This document shows positions 55,001 to 63,616 of a stretch of DNA of 64,000 nucleotides, one piece after another. The first letter of the stretch is position 1. Each line of letters starts with the position of its first letter. This stretch comes from Candidatus Sabulitectum sp. (lineage in GTDB: Bacteria > Fermentibacterota > Fermentibacteria > Fermentibacterales > JCC-6). The notes beneath the pieces were generated by a model. That model saw only the letters and a list, made by a program, of their open reading frames with translations. It made no database searches and was not told the DNA's origin. A program made the translations under genes and the position numbers. The stretch lies in the NCBI GenBank assembly GCA_029938555.1, contig JAOZUR010000005.1, positions 4,966 through 68,965 of the forward strand. The letters are read 5' to 3'.

Positions 55001-55343
55001 TGTAATTGATAACTATCAAGCAGGAGAAATCCGCTCAACAAGAAACCTATCAGGAGGAGAAAGTTTTATAGTCAGCCTTTCTCTTGCTCTGGGGCTTTCC
55101 AGCATGTCCAGCCACAAGGTAAGAGTCGATTCGCTTTTTCTTGACGAGGGTTTCGGTACACTTGATGAAGAAACACTTGAAATGGCACTTGATACTCTTG
55201 CAAACTTGAAACAGGATGGAAAACTCATTGGGGTAATTTCACATATTTCATCATTGAAAGACAGGATTACAACGCAGATTTACGTTTCCCCTGAGTCTGG
55301 TGGTAAGAGTTTAATAACTGGTCCAGGATGCCGAAGGGTTTAG
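52095..55343 (+). CDS. sbcC: Exonuclease SbcC (Rad50-like ATPase subunit)
   Basis: Walker A GPTGAGKSTILDAI, long coiled coil with central zinc hook CPLCG, signature LSGGESF, and Walker B LFLDEGFGTLD. Confidence 0.9.
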   Translation: MKILELRFKNLNSLYGEWVIDFTHPEYLSNGIFALTGPTGAGKSTILDAICLALYGATPRLGKITKANNDIMSRQTGDCYAEVLFESETGKFRCNFAQHRARKKATGDLQPPQHEISYGTSNGKVIENQIRSVAKVIEQKTGMDFDRFTRSILLAQGGFDTFLKAGIEEKSKILEQITGTEIYTTISKRVHERSRQEKDLLNILNAETTGFNVLDQIQEVEIKQNLEESEQKQTDLSILVDESGKSIEWLNGIKSKRRELDDLFNQTEKLKSTMEDFVPQRKILEFALKAANFDGIYATLIVKRNQLEVEKGSLKDEETKLLSRKFSVTKNEEILKGAELIREKAGNEIREITPVLVKVRSIDQSLNEMKRTVNDLEKDVIKQKQEIKKISSEEKKILKERETAKDEIRQADEYLKNNSRDQWLISGFAGVEERFITILATQKEKSIIADSVSIARKTLKTAQNTLKKRTVQLNLAKEKAKKTELSVNEGNNFLTVLLDGVLLREYRTQKETLLREMSFHKKIEDLKQHREKLIDGEVCPLCGAVEHPFAEGNTPVVDDIEIKINGLSDLIKQADVLELQNKQLADVDKKAVLNLADSDKKNSDAESEKTYAEKSLKNTQDRLDEITQNHNELKISLLERLKPLGIEQIPHTDAAVLLDSLRERLNKFQFQAHIQSEVKKQILEYDNKLERILGISETLNVSLQKTSILFDNRKKDLLNLEEQRKKLFGKKNVNTEENRFKRILAEAEENFNQAGILDEQAKQKLLSVVERIDKLKDLIKTDQENLKVIESDFVINLNSDGFANEEQFNKACLSVKERDKLLHKAKELDEKETRLTVTRKDREIRLQAEISKCITNSSMEELKPIFEKSKFELVQIIDLIAGFKHKILENVKAKDLIRKKQIEIEKQKKECSKWEKLYNLIGSADGKKFRNFAQGLTFELMVSHANIQLGKMTDRYLLLRDDLEPLKLNVIDNYQAGEIRSTRNLSGGESFIVSLSLALGLSSMSSHKVRVDSLFLDEGFGTLDEETLEMALDTLANLKQDGKLIGVISHISSLKDRITTQIYVSPESGGKSLITGPGCRRV

Positions 55344-55407
55344 TTTGTTGACCTGTCTTAATTGTATTCTTATGCTACGCTTTCGTATTTTCTAAATTCG
55401 CCACCAA

Positions 55408-57693
55408 ATGAAAGGGTACTTGTTTATGAAGCTTTTTTTCTATCTTCCTCTCTTGTTTCTTACTTTTGCTGTGAACGGTCAGGTATTGTATCGAAACAGT
55501 GATTCTCAAGCTGAAACCGCTGGGTTTGTTCAATCAGATGCTAATGGTTCAATAATTGAGTTTAATCTCTTGGATCTTGAGATGTTTGATGCAGAGCCAT
55601 CAAGGTTTGGTCAGGCTGTTGTGTTTCGGATTCCAACGGATGGTGATTTTCTTGGAATTATTGGTTCACCGGATCTTCCTGTTGTAAGGAAAATGGTTTT
55701 GATTCCGAATTACGGAGATGTAGAACTGGAAGTTATTCAGGAAGAGACTGCGATTCTTGGAGATTACCGTATTGCTCCCTGGCAGGAAAGAAAAACCTGG
55801 TCAGGACAAATACCAGAGTACAGAATAAACAATGATGTATATCAGAGTTCTATGGCATTTCCAGCTGCTTCTGTAGAAATCGAAAACACAAGTATTCTGC
55901 GAGATATCAGGGTTGCCTGGGTGAGATTTAATCCAGTTCGAGTTAATCCTGTTACAGGTGAGACTTTCATCACAACAAACATAACTGTGAGAGTGAAAAC
56001 CACTGATCAACCAGGCGAAAATGAGCTTGATAGAGTGCCTTCCGGGTACACAAGAAGTTTCCTTCCTATTTATAATCAGGTTCTTGGCTTTCAGAATGAT
56101 CTTGATTCGGTAAATGGAAGTTATGTGTTTATAGGAAGCACAGAATCCCTTAATCTTGCACAGGATCTTATAAACTGGAAGAAGCAGAAGGGTTATGATG
56201 TTCAGTTGGGAGATTTGTCAACAATAGGAGGCAGCGTATCGGAAATTGATGCATGGCTTGAAGATGCTTTCAATAACTGGACAAATCCGCCGGAATATGT
56301 CATGCTGGTTGGTGATGATTATGTGGTACCATCGCCGCAGTATTCAGGTTCTGCAACTCATGCGGCTGATAATCAGTATGCAGTTGTTGGCACTGGCCCC
56401 CTTCCATCAATGCACATTGGTAGGATTAGTGGAAATGATACTGATGACCTTGCTTACATATCCTGGAAGATAGTAATGGCAGAGCGAGAACCTTATCAGC
56501 CCGCTGGTGATAGCTGGTTTGATGCAGGTTTTAGTATGGCTTGTACAGACTTTGAGGCCCCCCAAGAGGCTTATAGAATCCATCAGTTGTTCATGGCCGA
56601 GGCCCTTGAGTCAACTTTCTATTGCGCTGCTTCAGGAGGTGTAAACCCTACTCTTTCCGCTGTTACTTCTGATTTTAATGAAGGTGTTTCAGCTGTGAAT
56701 TATATAGGCCATGGTACTGTCACAGGCTGGGTAACCTCCGGTTTTAATATCTCTTCAATTTCCAATCTTACAAATGGAAGACGAATGCCATGGGTTTTTA
56801 CAATTGGTTGCCAGAACGGTGAGTTCGACGGGTATTACTGTTTTACTGAAGCGTTTTTATCTGAAGGAACCATTAGCGACCCCAAAGGAGCCATTAATGT
56901 AATGGGTTCTTCCACAAATACACCTGTTGGACCAGGCGATACCCTTCAAGTACACACTTTCAGGGGTTATTTTACCGAGGATATCTATCATCTCGGTGCT
57001 GCACATACCTTTGGTAAGGCAGGCTGTTATACCTCTTTTGGTTCTAGTGGCGTAGATATGATAAATATGGCACATGTGTTTGGTTGCCCGGAGACTGATA
57101 TTTTTACTGACACATCACCCATCTCACCGTTATCAAATTCTCATTCACCTACCGTAAATGCAGGTTCTTTCCAAGTTACTGTTACCGATGGAACAGAAAC
57201 TCTTATAGAGGGTGCTCTTGTTGGTGTTTATTATGCTGATACCGGTGAATTGCTTGACGGTGCTTACACAGACGCCTCAGGTGTTGCGAATTTCACCATT
57301 GAAAGTCTTCCCGGTGCAAATGCAGTTACAATAACATCAACCGTTCACAATCGTGTACCTGCAATTACTTATGCAAATACCACAGGTACAGAGGAAACGG
57401 AAACAGCAGCACTTCCTGTGTTCCATCTTGCAAACATTCATCCTAATCCAATATCATCCACAGGAACCATTTCATTTAGCACATCTGTAACAGGTAATGT
57501 GGAGATTGAGATTTATGATATTGCAGGAAGGAATGTTACAACAGTTCATTCTGGTAATATGGAAGCGGGAATTCATTCTCTTTTATGGCAGCCAGCCAGT
57601 TCAACTGGAACACCAATTCCCAATGGCCTTTATTTCATTAGTCTTACAACACCGCAGGGTAGATTAACAAGGTCATTCGCAATTCTCAGGTAG
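55408..57693 (+). CDS. Peptidase C25 (gingipain-like) family protein with T9SS CTD (second paralog)
   Basis: Alternative start ATG 55426, 9 nt after AAAGGG. His motif YIGHGTVTGW and Cys motif FTIGCQNGEFD (compare gingipain ...ACVNGDF). CTD: HPNPISSTGTISF...IYDIAGRNV...GLYFISL. Confidence 0.7.
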   Translation: MKGYLFMKLFFYLPLLFLTFAVNGQVLYRNSDSQAETAGFVQSDANGSIIEFNLLDLEMFDAEPSRFGQAVVFRIPTDGDFLGIIGSPDLPVVRKMVLIPNYGDVELEVIQEETAILGDYRIAPWQERKTWSGQIPEYRINNDVYQSSMAFPAASVEIENTSILRDIRVAWVRFNPVRVNPVTGETFITTNITVRVKTTDQPGENELDRVPSGYTRSFLPIYNQVLGFQNDLDSVNGSYVFIGSTESLNLAQDLINWKKQKGYDVQLGDLSTIGGSVSEIDAWLEDAFNNWTNPPEYVMLVGDDYVVPSPQYSGSATHAADNQYAVVGTGPLPSMHIGRISGNDTDDLAYISWKIVMAEREPYQPAGDSWFDAGFSMACTDFEAPQEAYRIHQLFMAEALESTFYCAASGGVNPTLSAVTSDFNEGVSAVNYIGHGTVTGWVTSGFNISSISNLTNGRRMPWVFTIGCQNGEFDGYYCFTEAFLSEGTISDPKGAINVMGSSTNTPVGPGDTLQVHTFRGYFTEDIYHLGAAHTFGKAGCYTSFGSSGVDMINMAHVFGCPETDIFTDTSPISPLSNSHSPTVNAGSFQVTVTDGTETLIEGALVGVYYADTGELLDGAYTDASGVANFTIESLPGANAVTITSTVHNRVPAITYANTTGTEETETAALPVFHLANIHPNPISSTGTISFSTSVTGNVEIEIYDIAGRNVTTVHSGNMEAGIHSLLWQPASSTGTPIPNGLYFISLTTPQGRLTRSFAILR

Positions 57694-57721
57694 TTGTTTA
57701 ACAGAAATTCAGGGGCGGTTT

Positions 57722-60037
57722 TTATACTGTCCCTGAGTTACTTTGGGGTTTGTGTTTTAATGAAACTCTTCCGTTTCGAATAACTCTCAGTGGAAACCAG
57801 TGCTCAGGCAGGTGGTCCAGGTAGGGTGGTCGGATAAATCTTCCACCAAGCAGAACAAGATCTGCCTTTTGCTCACTGTTTCTTATGAGTCTTCCAGCTG
57901 CTTGAATTACTCGATTTATTCCTGGAATGGCGAATGCATGAAGAAATCCATCTCTTTTTGTATCCTGATATCTCTCTTGAAGAAGTTTCTGACGCATGGA
58001 AATTGATGGCAGGCAGGGGCCTGCAATGAAACATCCGCTTAAATCAGGGATGCTAAGGTCAACGCCTTCTGCAAAAAGACCTCCAGCTACCACAAGAATC
58101 AGATGATTGCCACTGTTTATTAATTGTACAAAAGCTGCTCTTTCACTTTCCGTCATCTCTCGCTTTTGTGTTATCAATTCAACTCCCGCTTCTTCGGCAG
58201 CCAGGGCTATTTTTTCCATCCAGGAAAATGATGGGAAAAAAACCATCCAGGTACCAGGTTTTTTAGATCGAGCACCTTGAAACCGTTGAATCATTATTTT
58301 TGTCTGTTCATCTCTGTATTTGTAAAGTGTGCTGATGGCTGGATCTACCCATACAGACAGATTGTCCTTAGGAAATGGCCATCCCACTGCTTTGGTGGTT
58401 AGTGTTTTTTTAGTCCCTAAACCAAGTTCAGCAGAGAAGTGTTCCATTGGTTCAATTGTGGCTGAGAAACAGGTAATACTTGAACACCTGGAATGTTCTT
58501 CCGTAATAAACTTTGAAGGGTCTGTACAGTACCACTGGATAAGAGTATCTGTCCCTTCTTTTCTGGCAAGTAGATGGAAGCGTTCATCTAGATTTTCTGA
58601 TACCCTTGAAAAAACAGTTATTGCTCTGCTTAATAACACAACCTCACTAGGAGCGTTTGCATCACCACCTAGTGTTTTTTGCCATTTTCGTCTGTTGATT
58701 CCCGGTAACTCTATTTCGTCAGATAGTTTAACGGTATTCTCTTTGTATGGCCAGGGTTGATCTGCATAAGCTTGCAAGACATTTCTCCAGGGGCGAAGAA
58801 GATTTTGTAGTTTTCGATTGCCTCTGGCATAAGACCAGGCTTTTTCCATCCATTTAGTTTTTATCTCTGGCGACCATATACCACGAACTCTTTCTGGCAG
58901 ATTAGCTGCTTCGTCAATCAGAAGAGAACATCTTGCAGCTGTTAACTCGTTATCGAAAAAGCGCTTTAGTCTTATTCCTGGATCAAATACATAATTGTAA
59001 TCACAAGCTATTAAATCACATCTCTGAGAGACAAATAAAGCAAGTTCAAATGGACAGACTTCCGCCTGAATTGATTCTCTTTTAAGGTCTTCAGCTGTTA
59101 TTATTACATTCTTTGTTAGTTTTTCTATTACACCGGATGCTCTTATACGAGATTCAAATTCCTCAGCATAAGGGCATAACTCAGTGTTACACCGTTCCAT
59201 ATCCATGGGGCATGAGTTTTCTCGAGATGATAGAATAATTGTTCGAAGTGGAAAACCCTGTTTTACAATTCTTTCAGCTGTTTCAGTAAGAATTTTCTTT
59301 TGAGTATTTTTTGAAGTGAGAAAAAAAAGTATTCTCCAGTTGGTTACAGCTGGTGCAATTGCCCCTGCTAGAACTGCAATAGTTTTACCGGTACCAGTTG
59401 GGGCTTGAACAAGAAGCTCGGCTTTTTCATTTCCAGTGTTTCTTACAAGATCCATTATTTCCTTCTGCCCAGCACGGATACTGCTGAAAGGAAAACTGAA
59501 GGATTTTAGCGCTTCGTTTAACTCAATATGCCGCTTCCATTCATTATTCACAAAAAAAGAAAGATCTTCTACGAAACCTTGCCAAAGGTCCACTATCTTT
59601 TTGTCTTTTAGATCAATTGGAAATTCAAGGGATTCCTTTGAGTCTGGATCTGTATAGATCAGGGCAGCATTTTTTGCACCGAGGGCATTTGCATAAAAAA
59701 GAACTTGAAGTAGATGGTGAGTTGCAGGGGATTTTGGCATAGGCTGAGCTGTTTTTACTTCGATAACAGTTTCACCATCTTCAGTTAGAAGATCTGCTCT
59801 TCCTGTGATATGAAAATTGATACCGTTTTCTTTTGTTAAAAGCATGGCAGGAACTTCACAATTGCAAATTCTGAGTTCTGCCAGTTCTTTTTGCTTTCTG
59901 GTGTGCTCCCTCTGTCTTGTTTTTATATCAATAGATGAGTCGCCACTTCTTAAAGTATCAGGTGGGCGACACAAACCAATAAGAACTCTTATGGAAGACG
60001 TCACCGTACCTGAATCTTTATCGAAAGGTATTAGCAT
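57722..60037 (-). CDS. XPD/DinG-family Fe-S helicase with N-terminal PD-(D/E)XK (RecB/Cas4-like) nuclease domain
   Basis: The N-terminus has GRADLL...VIEVKT...HLLQVLFYANAL (D, ExK and QxxxY motifs). The helicase has Walker A QAPTGTGKT, a four-Cys region C...C....C...(n)...C between motifs I and II, LLIDEAANL, FAEGVDL and VIQAAGRLIR. Confidence 0.7.
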   Translation of the reverse strand: MLIPFDKDSGTVTSSIRVLIGLCRPPDTLRSGDSSIDIKTRQREHTRKQKELAELRICNCEVPAMLLTKENGINFHITGRADLLTEDGETVIEVKTAQPMPKSPATHHLLQVLFYANALGAKNAALIYTDPDSKESLEFPIDLKDKKIVDLWQGFVEDLSFFVNNEWKRHIELNEALKSFSFPFSSIRAGQKEIMDLVRNTGNEKAELLVQAPTGTGKTIAVLAGAIAPAVTNWRILFFLTSKNTQKKILTETAERIVKQGFPLRTIILSSRENSCPMDMERCNTELCPYAEEFESRIRASGVIEKLTKNVIITAEDLKRESIQAEVCPFELALFVSQRCDLIACDYNYVFDPGIRLKRFFDNELTAARCSLLIDEAANLPERVRGIWSPEIKTKWMEKAWSYARGNRKLQNLLRPWRNVLQAYADQPWPYKENTVKLSDEIELPGINRRKWQKTLGGDANAPSEVVLLSRAITVFSRVSENLDERFHLLARKEGTDTLIQWYCTDPSKFITEEHSRCSSITCFSATIEPMEHFSAELGLGTKKTLTTKAVGWPFPKDNLSVWVDPAISTLYKYRDEQTKIMIQRFQGARSKKPGTWMVFFPSFSWMEKIALAAEEAGVELITQKREMTESERAAFVQLINSGNHLILVVAGGLFAEGVDLSIPDLSGCFIAGPCLPSISMRQKLLQERYQDTKRDGFLHAFAIPGINRVIQAAGRLIRNSEQKADLVLLGGRFIRPPYLDHLPEHWFPLRVIRNGRVSLKHKPQSNSGTV

Positions 60038-60161
60038 GGTTTGTCTTTCCCTTTGTGAGTGTTAAAACAACTATGAAATATAGCTAATTAATTAAGAAAA
60101 AAACTAGTATATATGGAGCGATAACAATTTGCAAAATAAGAAAGGAAAATGTGACTGTATT

Positions 60162-61556
60162 ATGAAAAAACAGACTTTTACAATTCTCTTGTTTTTGTTT
60201 TTGGTGTTTTTCGGTGGTTCAGCTTTGGCAAATACAATTCTTTATGTAATGCCGGAGGAAACAGCACTTCATGAGGGTACATGGTTGCAATGGCCTCACA
60301 ATAATTTGTATGGCCCGTACTACATAGAAGATGTTCAACCAACATGGGTCTCTATGACCAGCGCTCTTCAGTCCGGCGAGAATGTTCATATCATAGCATA
60401 CGATGCTACTGAGCAATCAAACATAATATCGGTATTGAATGCCGCTGGAGTTCCTTTGGATAATATTGATTTTTTCATTCATCCCACCGATGATGTTTGG
60501 ATTCGAGACAATGGACCAATGTTTGTTTACGATCAAAATGATGACATGGTAATTCTTGACTGGGCTTTTAATGGTTGGGGAGGAGATACTCCATATTCTC
60601 TCTGCGATGTAATTCCACACAGTATCAGCTTAGATATTTCTTTGCCATGGATTGATTTAAGTGATATGGTTCTTGAGGGTGGAGCCATTGAACACGATGG
60701 TTATGGAACCATGATGGCCACAAGAAGTTCGATAACTCATCCAAGCAGAAATCCTTCTTTAACTGAAAGCCAGATTGAAGAGTATCTTACGGTTTATATG
60801 GGAATCACGAAATTTATCTGGCTTGATGGTCTTTATGGGTCTGAGATTACAGATATGCATATAGATGGTGTAATGAAGTTTGCAAACGATAGTACAATAG
60901 TGACAATGAGTAATTCTGATCTTCTTTACTGGGAGCTTACACAACCAGATATTGATGTTCTGTATGCAGCAACTGATTCAGAGAATGAACCTTACAATTT
61001 TGTGTACATTCCTCTTACGCAGAACAATGTTGTAACCACTTATGGTGCAAACCTCGGTTACAAGGGATCTTATGCTAATTACTATATTGCAAATACAGTT
61101 GTTCTTGTTCCAACTTACAATGATCCCAATGATTTAGTGGTTATTGATATTATTCAGGAACTTTACCCAGATCGAACTGTGGTTGGTATTGATGTAAGAA
61201 ATTTGTATGCATATGGGGGAATGATTCATTGCGTAACACAGCAACAGCCGGTAGACCTGAGTTCTTCTGGTATGACCCAGGGAGTATCAGATTTTTTTCA
61301 GTTGTCTCAGAATAGTCCAAATCCATTCAGTGAGACTTCTTCTATTTCTTTTTCAACTGCTGAGATAGTTTCTGTGGAAGTAGATGTTTATGATATTATG
61401 GGGCACATAGTTAAAGATATGTCACCCTTTTCAGCCTCTCCAGGTGAGCACTTTGTTATGCTTTCGGCAGACGAGCTTGGCAATGGTGTTTACTTTTACA
61501 CAGTAAAGGTTGATGGTCAGATAATGTCAAGCAGAAGAATGATGGTAATAAAGTAG
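60162..61556 (+). CDS. Secreted agmatine deiminase / Porphyromonas-type peptidyl-arginine deiminase family protein with T9SS CTD
   Basis: ATG 60162; the track ORF starts 33 nt earlier at TTG. Signal peptide FTILLFLFLVFFGGSALA. WIRDNGPMFV, LEGGAIEHDGYGT, and the catalytic Cys motif GGMIHCVTQQQP. CTD: SPNPFSETSSISF...VYDIMGHIV...GVYFYTV. Confidence 0.75.
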   Translation: MKKQTFTILLFLFLVFFGGSALANTILYVMPEETALHEGTWLQWPHNNLYGPYYIEDVQPTWVSMTSALQSGENVHIIAYDATEQSNIISVLNAAGVPLDNIDFFIHPTDDVWIRDNGPMFVYDQNDDMVILDWAFNGWGGDTPYSLCDVIPHSISLDISLPWIDLSDMVLEGGAIEHDGYGTMMATRSSITHPSRNPSLTESQIEEYLTVYMGITKFIWLDGLYGSEITDMHIDGVMKFANDSTIVTMSNSDLLYWELTQPDIDVLYAATDSENEPYNFVYIPLTQNNVVTTYGANLGYKGSYANYYIANTVVLVPTYNDPNDLVVIDIIQELYPDRTVVGIDVRNLYAYGGMIHCVTQQQPVDLSSSGMTQGVSDFFQLSQNSPNPFSETSSISFSTAEIVSVEVDVYDIMGHIVKDMSPFSASPGEHFVMLSADELGNGVYFYTVKVDGQIMSSRRMMVIK

Positions 61557-61579
61557 CTTTTAAGAAAAAATACAGTAGC

Positions 61580-61611
61580 AAAAAAAAGAGCCACCAGAAT
61601 CTGGTGGCTCT
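61580..61611 (-). terminator. Rho-independent terminator (bidirectional hairpin, strong on the minus strand)
   Basis: AGAGCCACCAG-aat-CTGGTGGCTCT, an 11-bp perfect stem with an A8 run on the plus-strand 5' side (T8 on the minus strand). It lies between convergent stops at 61556 and 61625. Confidence 0.85.
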
Positions 61612-61624
61612 TGATTTATGAGTC

Positions 61625-62122
61625 TTACTGAACTGGAGTCAATGTATAAGTCAAAGTGAAAAGACCTTCTACATAGTCACCATCAATATGAATTTCAGAC
61701 TGGTCATTTGCAACATAAACAGTGAGAGAAGCACCATCAGACATGCAGCTCATTCCCATACCTTCGGGAACATCCCAACCACAGTCGCCATAGTAGAAGT
61801 CATAAGTATCAAAGATACCGAACTCGGTATCTTCTGCGAATTCAGCAACAAGTACAAGTGTTCCATCAGCATCTTCCTGAGAAACAATATCCATTCCATT
61901 CTGCACAAGGAAATCCTGTGGCCATGGTGCTGGAAGTACTGTTGTTGTCCATCCACCCTCACTGACTTCAATAACTTCAACAACTTCAACTTCTTCAATC
62001 GCAACTGTTTCTTCTGTTACATCTTCTGGTGTTTCAGTAGTAGCAACTTCTTCTGCTGGTTCGCCACAAGCGAACAAAACAAGACTCATTGTTAATGCAA
62101 ATAACAGTACTGATAATTTCAT
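61625..62122 (-). CDS. Acidic lipoprotein with Val/Glu-rich linker
   Basis: Signal peptide plus lipobox (LVLFAC). An EEVATTETPEDVTEETVAIEEVEVVEVIEVSE linker is followed by a ~100-aa acidic globular part. Confidence 0.6.
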   Translation of the reverse strand: MKLSVLLFALTMSLVLFACGEPAEEVATTETPEDVTEETVAIEEVEVVEVIEVSEGGWTTTVLPAPWPQDFLVQNGMDIVSQEDADGTLVLVAEFAEDTEFGIFDTYDFYYGDCGWDVPEGMGMSCMSDGASLTVYVANDQSEIHIDGDYVEGLFTLTYTLTPVQ

Positions 62123-62407
62123 AATCCCCCCTAGAGATTTTTTAAAAAAATGCTGTTGCCAGCTAGTGCTCTGTACGCCTTAATACTTCGGTATAAAACG
62201 AAGCTTTATGATTTACGGAGTATAAGTATATCTCGGAAAACCGAGAGGGCAATATAATTTCATGAGAAGACATAACCAAGTGCCTTGTTAAGCAAAAGCA
62301 GTTGATTGCATGATTTTCATTTCATTTCATTGGTTTGTTTCGTTTTGTCGTGTAGTTGCTCAGGGGTTTTCTGTATATTCCCCTATCAAAATCAAAAAGG
62401 AGATTTC

Positions 62408-63616
62408 ATGCAGAAAAAGCCCCTTATAAGTGCCTCAGAGAGGCTCACCAAGCTTCCACCGTATCTTTTTGCAGAACTTGACAGACAAAAAAAGGCTGCA
62501 AAAAAACGCGGGCTTGACCTTATCGATTTCGGAATTGGTGATCCTGATATGCCAACGCCAGACGTGATTGTAGAAGCTGGTCAGAAAGCCATTGCTGATC
62601 CTGTAAATCATAGATATCCAGATGGATCTGGCTGTGATTCATTCAGAGAGGCATGCCAGGGTTGGATGAAAAGTCAGTTCGGAGTGGAATGCGAAACTGC
62701 TTCAGTTATCGGTTCAAAAGAGGGGATTGCTCATATTCCCATGGTTTTTTGTAACCGAGGCGATCTTGTATTGATTCCAAATCCAGGTTATCCTGTATAC
62801 CGAGCTTCCGCTATATTGGCTGATGCTATTCCTGTGGATTTACCACTGCTTGCAGAGAACAGTTTTTTGCCGGATTTTGATAAAATCCCACCAGCGGTTC
62901 TTAGAGATGCAAAAGTTCTTTTTCTAAATTACCCCAATAACCCCACAGGCGCCGTTGTTACACTTGAGCAGATGACAGAAATCGTAGAATTTGCAAGAGC
63001 CAATAATCTTCTTCTTGTGAGTGATAACTCATATAGCCACATTAGATTTGACGGCGAAAAGCCTCAAAGCTTTCTTCAGGTGCCCGGTGCAGAAGATGTA
63101 GTTCTTGAATTTCATAGTCTTTCAAAAACTTTCAATATGACCGGTTGGAGAATTGGTTTTGTTGCCGGTGGAGCTGATCTTTTAAGCACATTTATGGGTG
63201 CAAAAGAAAACATTGACTCTGGAGCTTTTACTGCAATCCAGAAAGCTGCAGAAGTTGCCATGGATATGCCTCCAGACCTTCTTGAGCAAAGAATGGAAAT
63301 CTATAAGGAAAGAAGAGATATTCTGGTGTCAGGGCTTAAAAAACTCAGCTGGGACGTTTTCGATTCTCCAGGTACTTTTTATGTTTGGGTAAAGCTTCCT
63401 AGAGGTGCAGACTCAATGGTTTTTGCTAAAAAAATGATTAACCATGCCGGAATTGTTATTACTCCTGGTAGTGGGTTTGGAACTTGGGGCGAGGGATATA
63501 TTCGATTTGCTCTTACAATTCCTGCAGCAAGAATTCACCAGGCAGTTGGAAGACTTGAGCAGATGGAATTACACAAGGGAAGGCTTCTGAAATGGTTGAA
63601 AAAAACAGGAGACTGA
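62408..63616 (+). CDS. dapL: LL-diaminopimelate aminotransferase-type class I aminotransferase
   Basis: ATG 62408 after AAAAAGGAG; the track ORF carries a 34-aa implausible extension. LPPYLFAELD...IDFGIGDPDMPTP, NYPNNPTG, and PLP-lysine SLSKTFNMTGWRIGF. Confidence 0.6.
   Translation: MQKKPLISASERLTKLPPYLFAELDRQKKAAKKRGLDLIDFGIGDPDMPTPDVIVEAGQKAIADPVNHRYPDGSGCDSFREACQGWMKSQFGVECETASVIGSKEGIAHIPMVFCNRGDLVLIPNPGYPVYRASAILADAIPVDLPLLAENSFLPDFDKIPPAVLRDAKVLFLNYPNNPTGAVVTLEQMTEIVEFARANNLLLVSDNSYSHIRFDGEKPQSFLQVPGAEDVVLEFHSLSKTFNMTGWRIGFVAGGADLLSTFMGAKENIDSGAFTAIQKAAEVAMDMPPDLLEQRMEIYKERRDILVSGLKKLSWDVFDSPGTFYVWVKLPRGADSMVFAKKMINHAGIVITPGSGFGTWGEGYIRFALTIPAARIHQAVGRLEQMELHKGRLLKWLKKTGD

Noticed and set aside
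50829-55343. SbcCD as a dedicated SMC-type defence module (Lamassu/Wadjet-like)
   Set aside because: Sizes (414 and 1082 aa), Mre11-type phosphoesterase motifs, the CPLCG zinc hook and the ABC signature all fit ordinary housekeeping SbcCD. Only the coupling to the upstream STAND gene is unusual, and it is reported separately.
62123-62407. Lysine riboswitch or other leader upstream of the dapL-type gene
   Set aside because: Only two short hairpins were seen (CTTCG-N8-CGAAG and TCTCGG-aaaa-CCGAGA). I could not recognise the conserved L-box core, so no call is made. A covariance-model scan (Rfam) would settle it.
62306-62407. Long N-terminal extensions of track ORFs (62306 for dapL, 32562 for the S9 peptidase, 46056 for the acidic lipoprotein, 60129 for the deiminase)
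   Set aside because: The extensions are Cys/Phe-rich or lack an SD. Internal ATGs with good SD spacing give canonical N-termini or signal peptides, so the shorter models were preferred.
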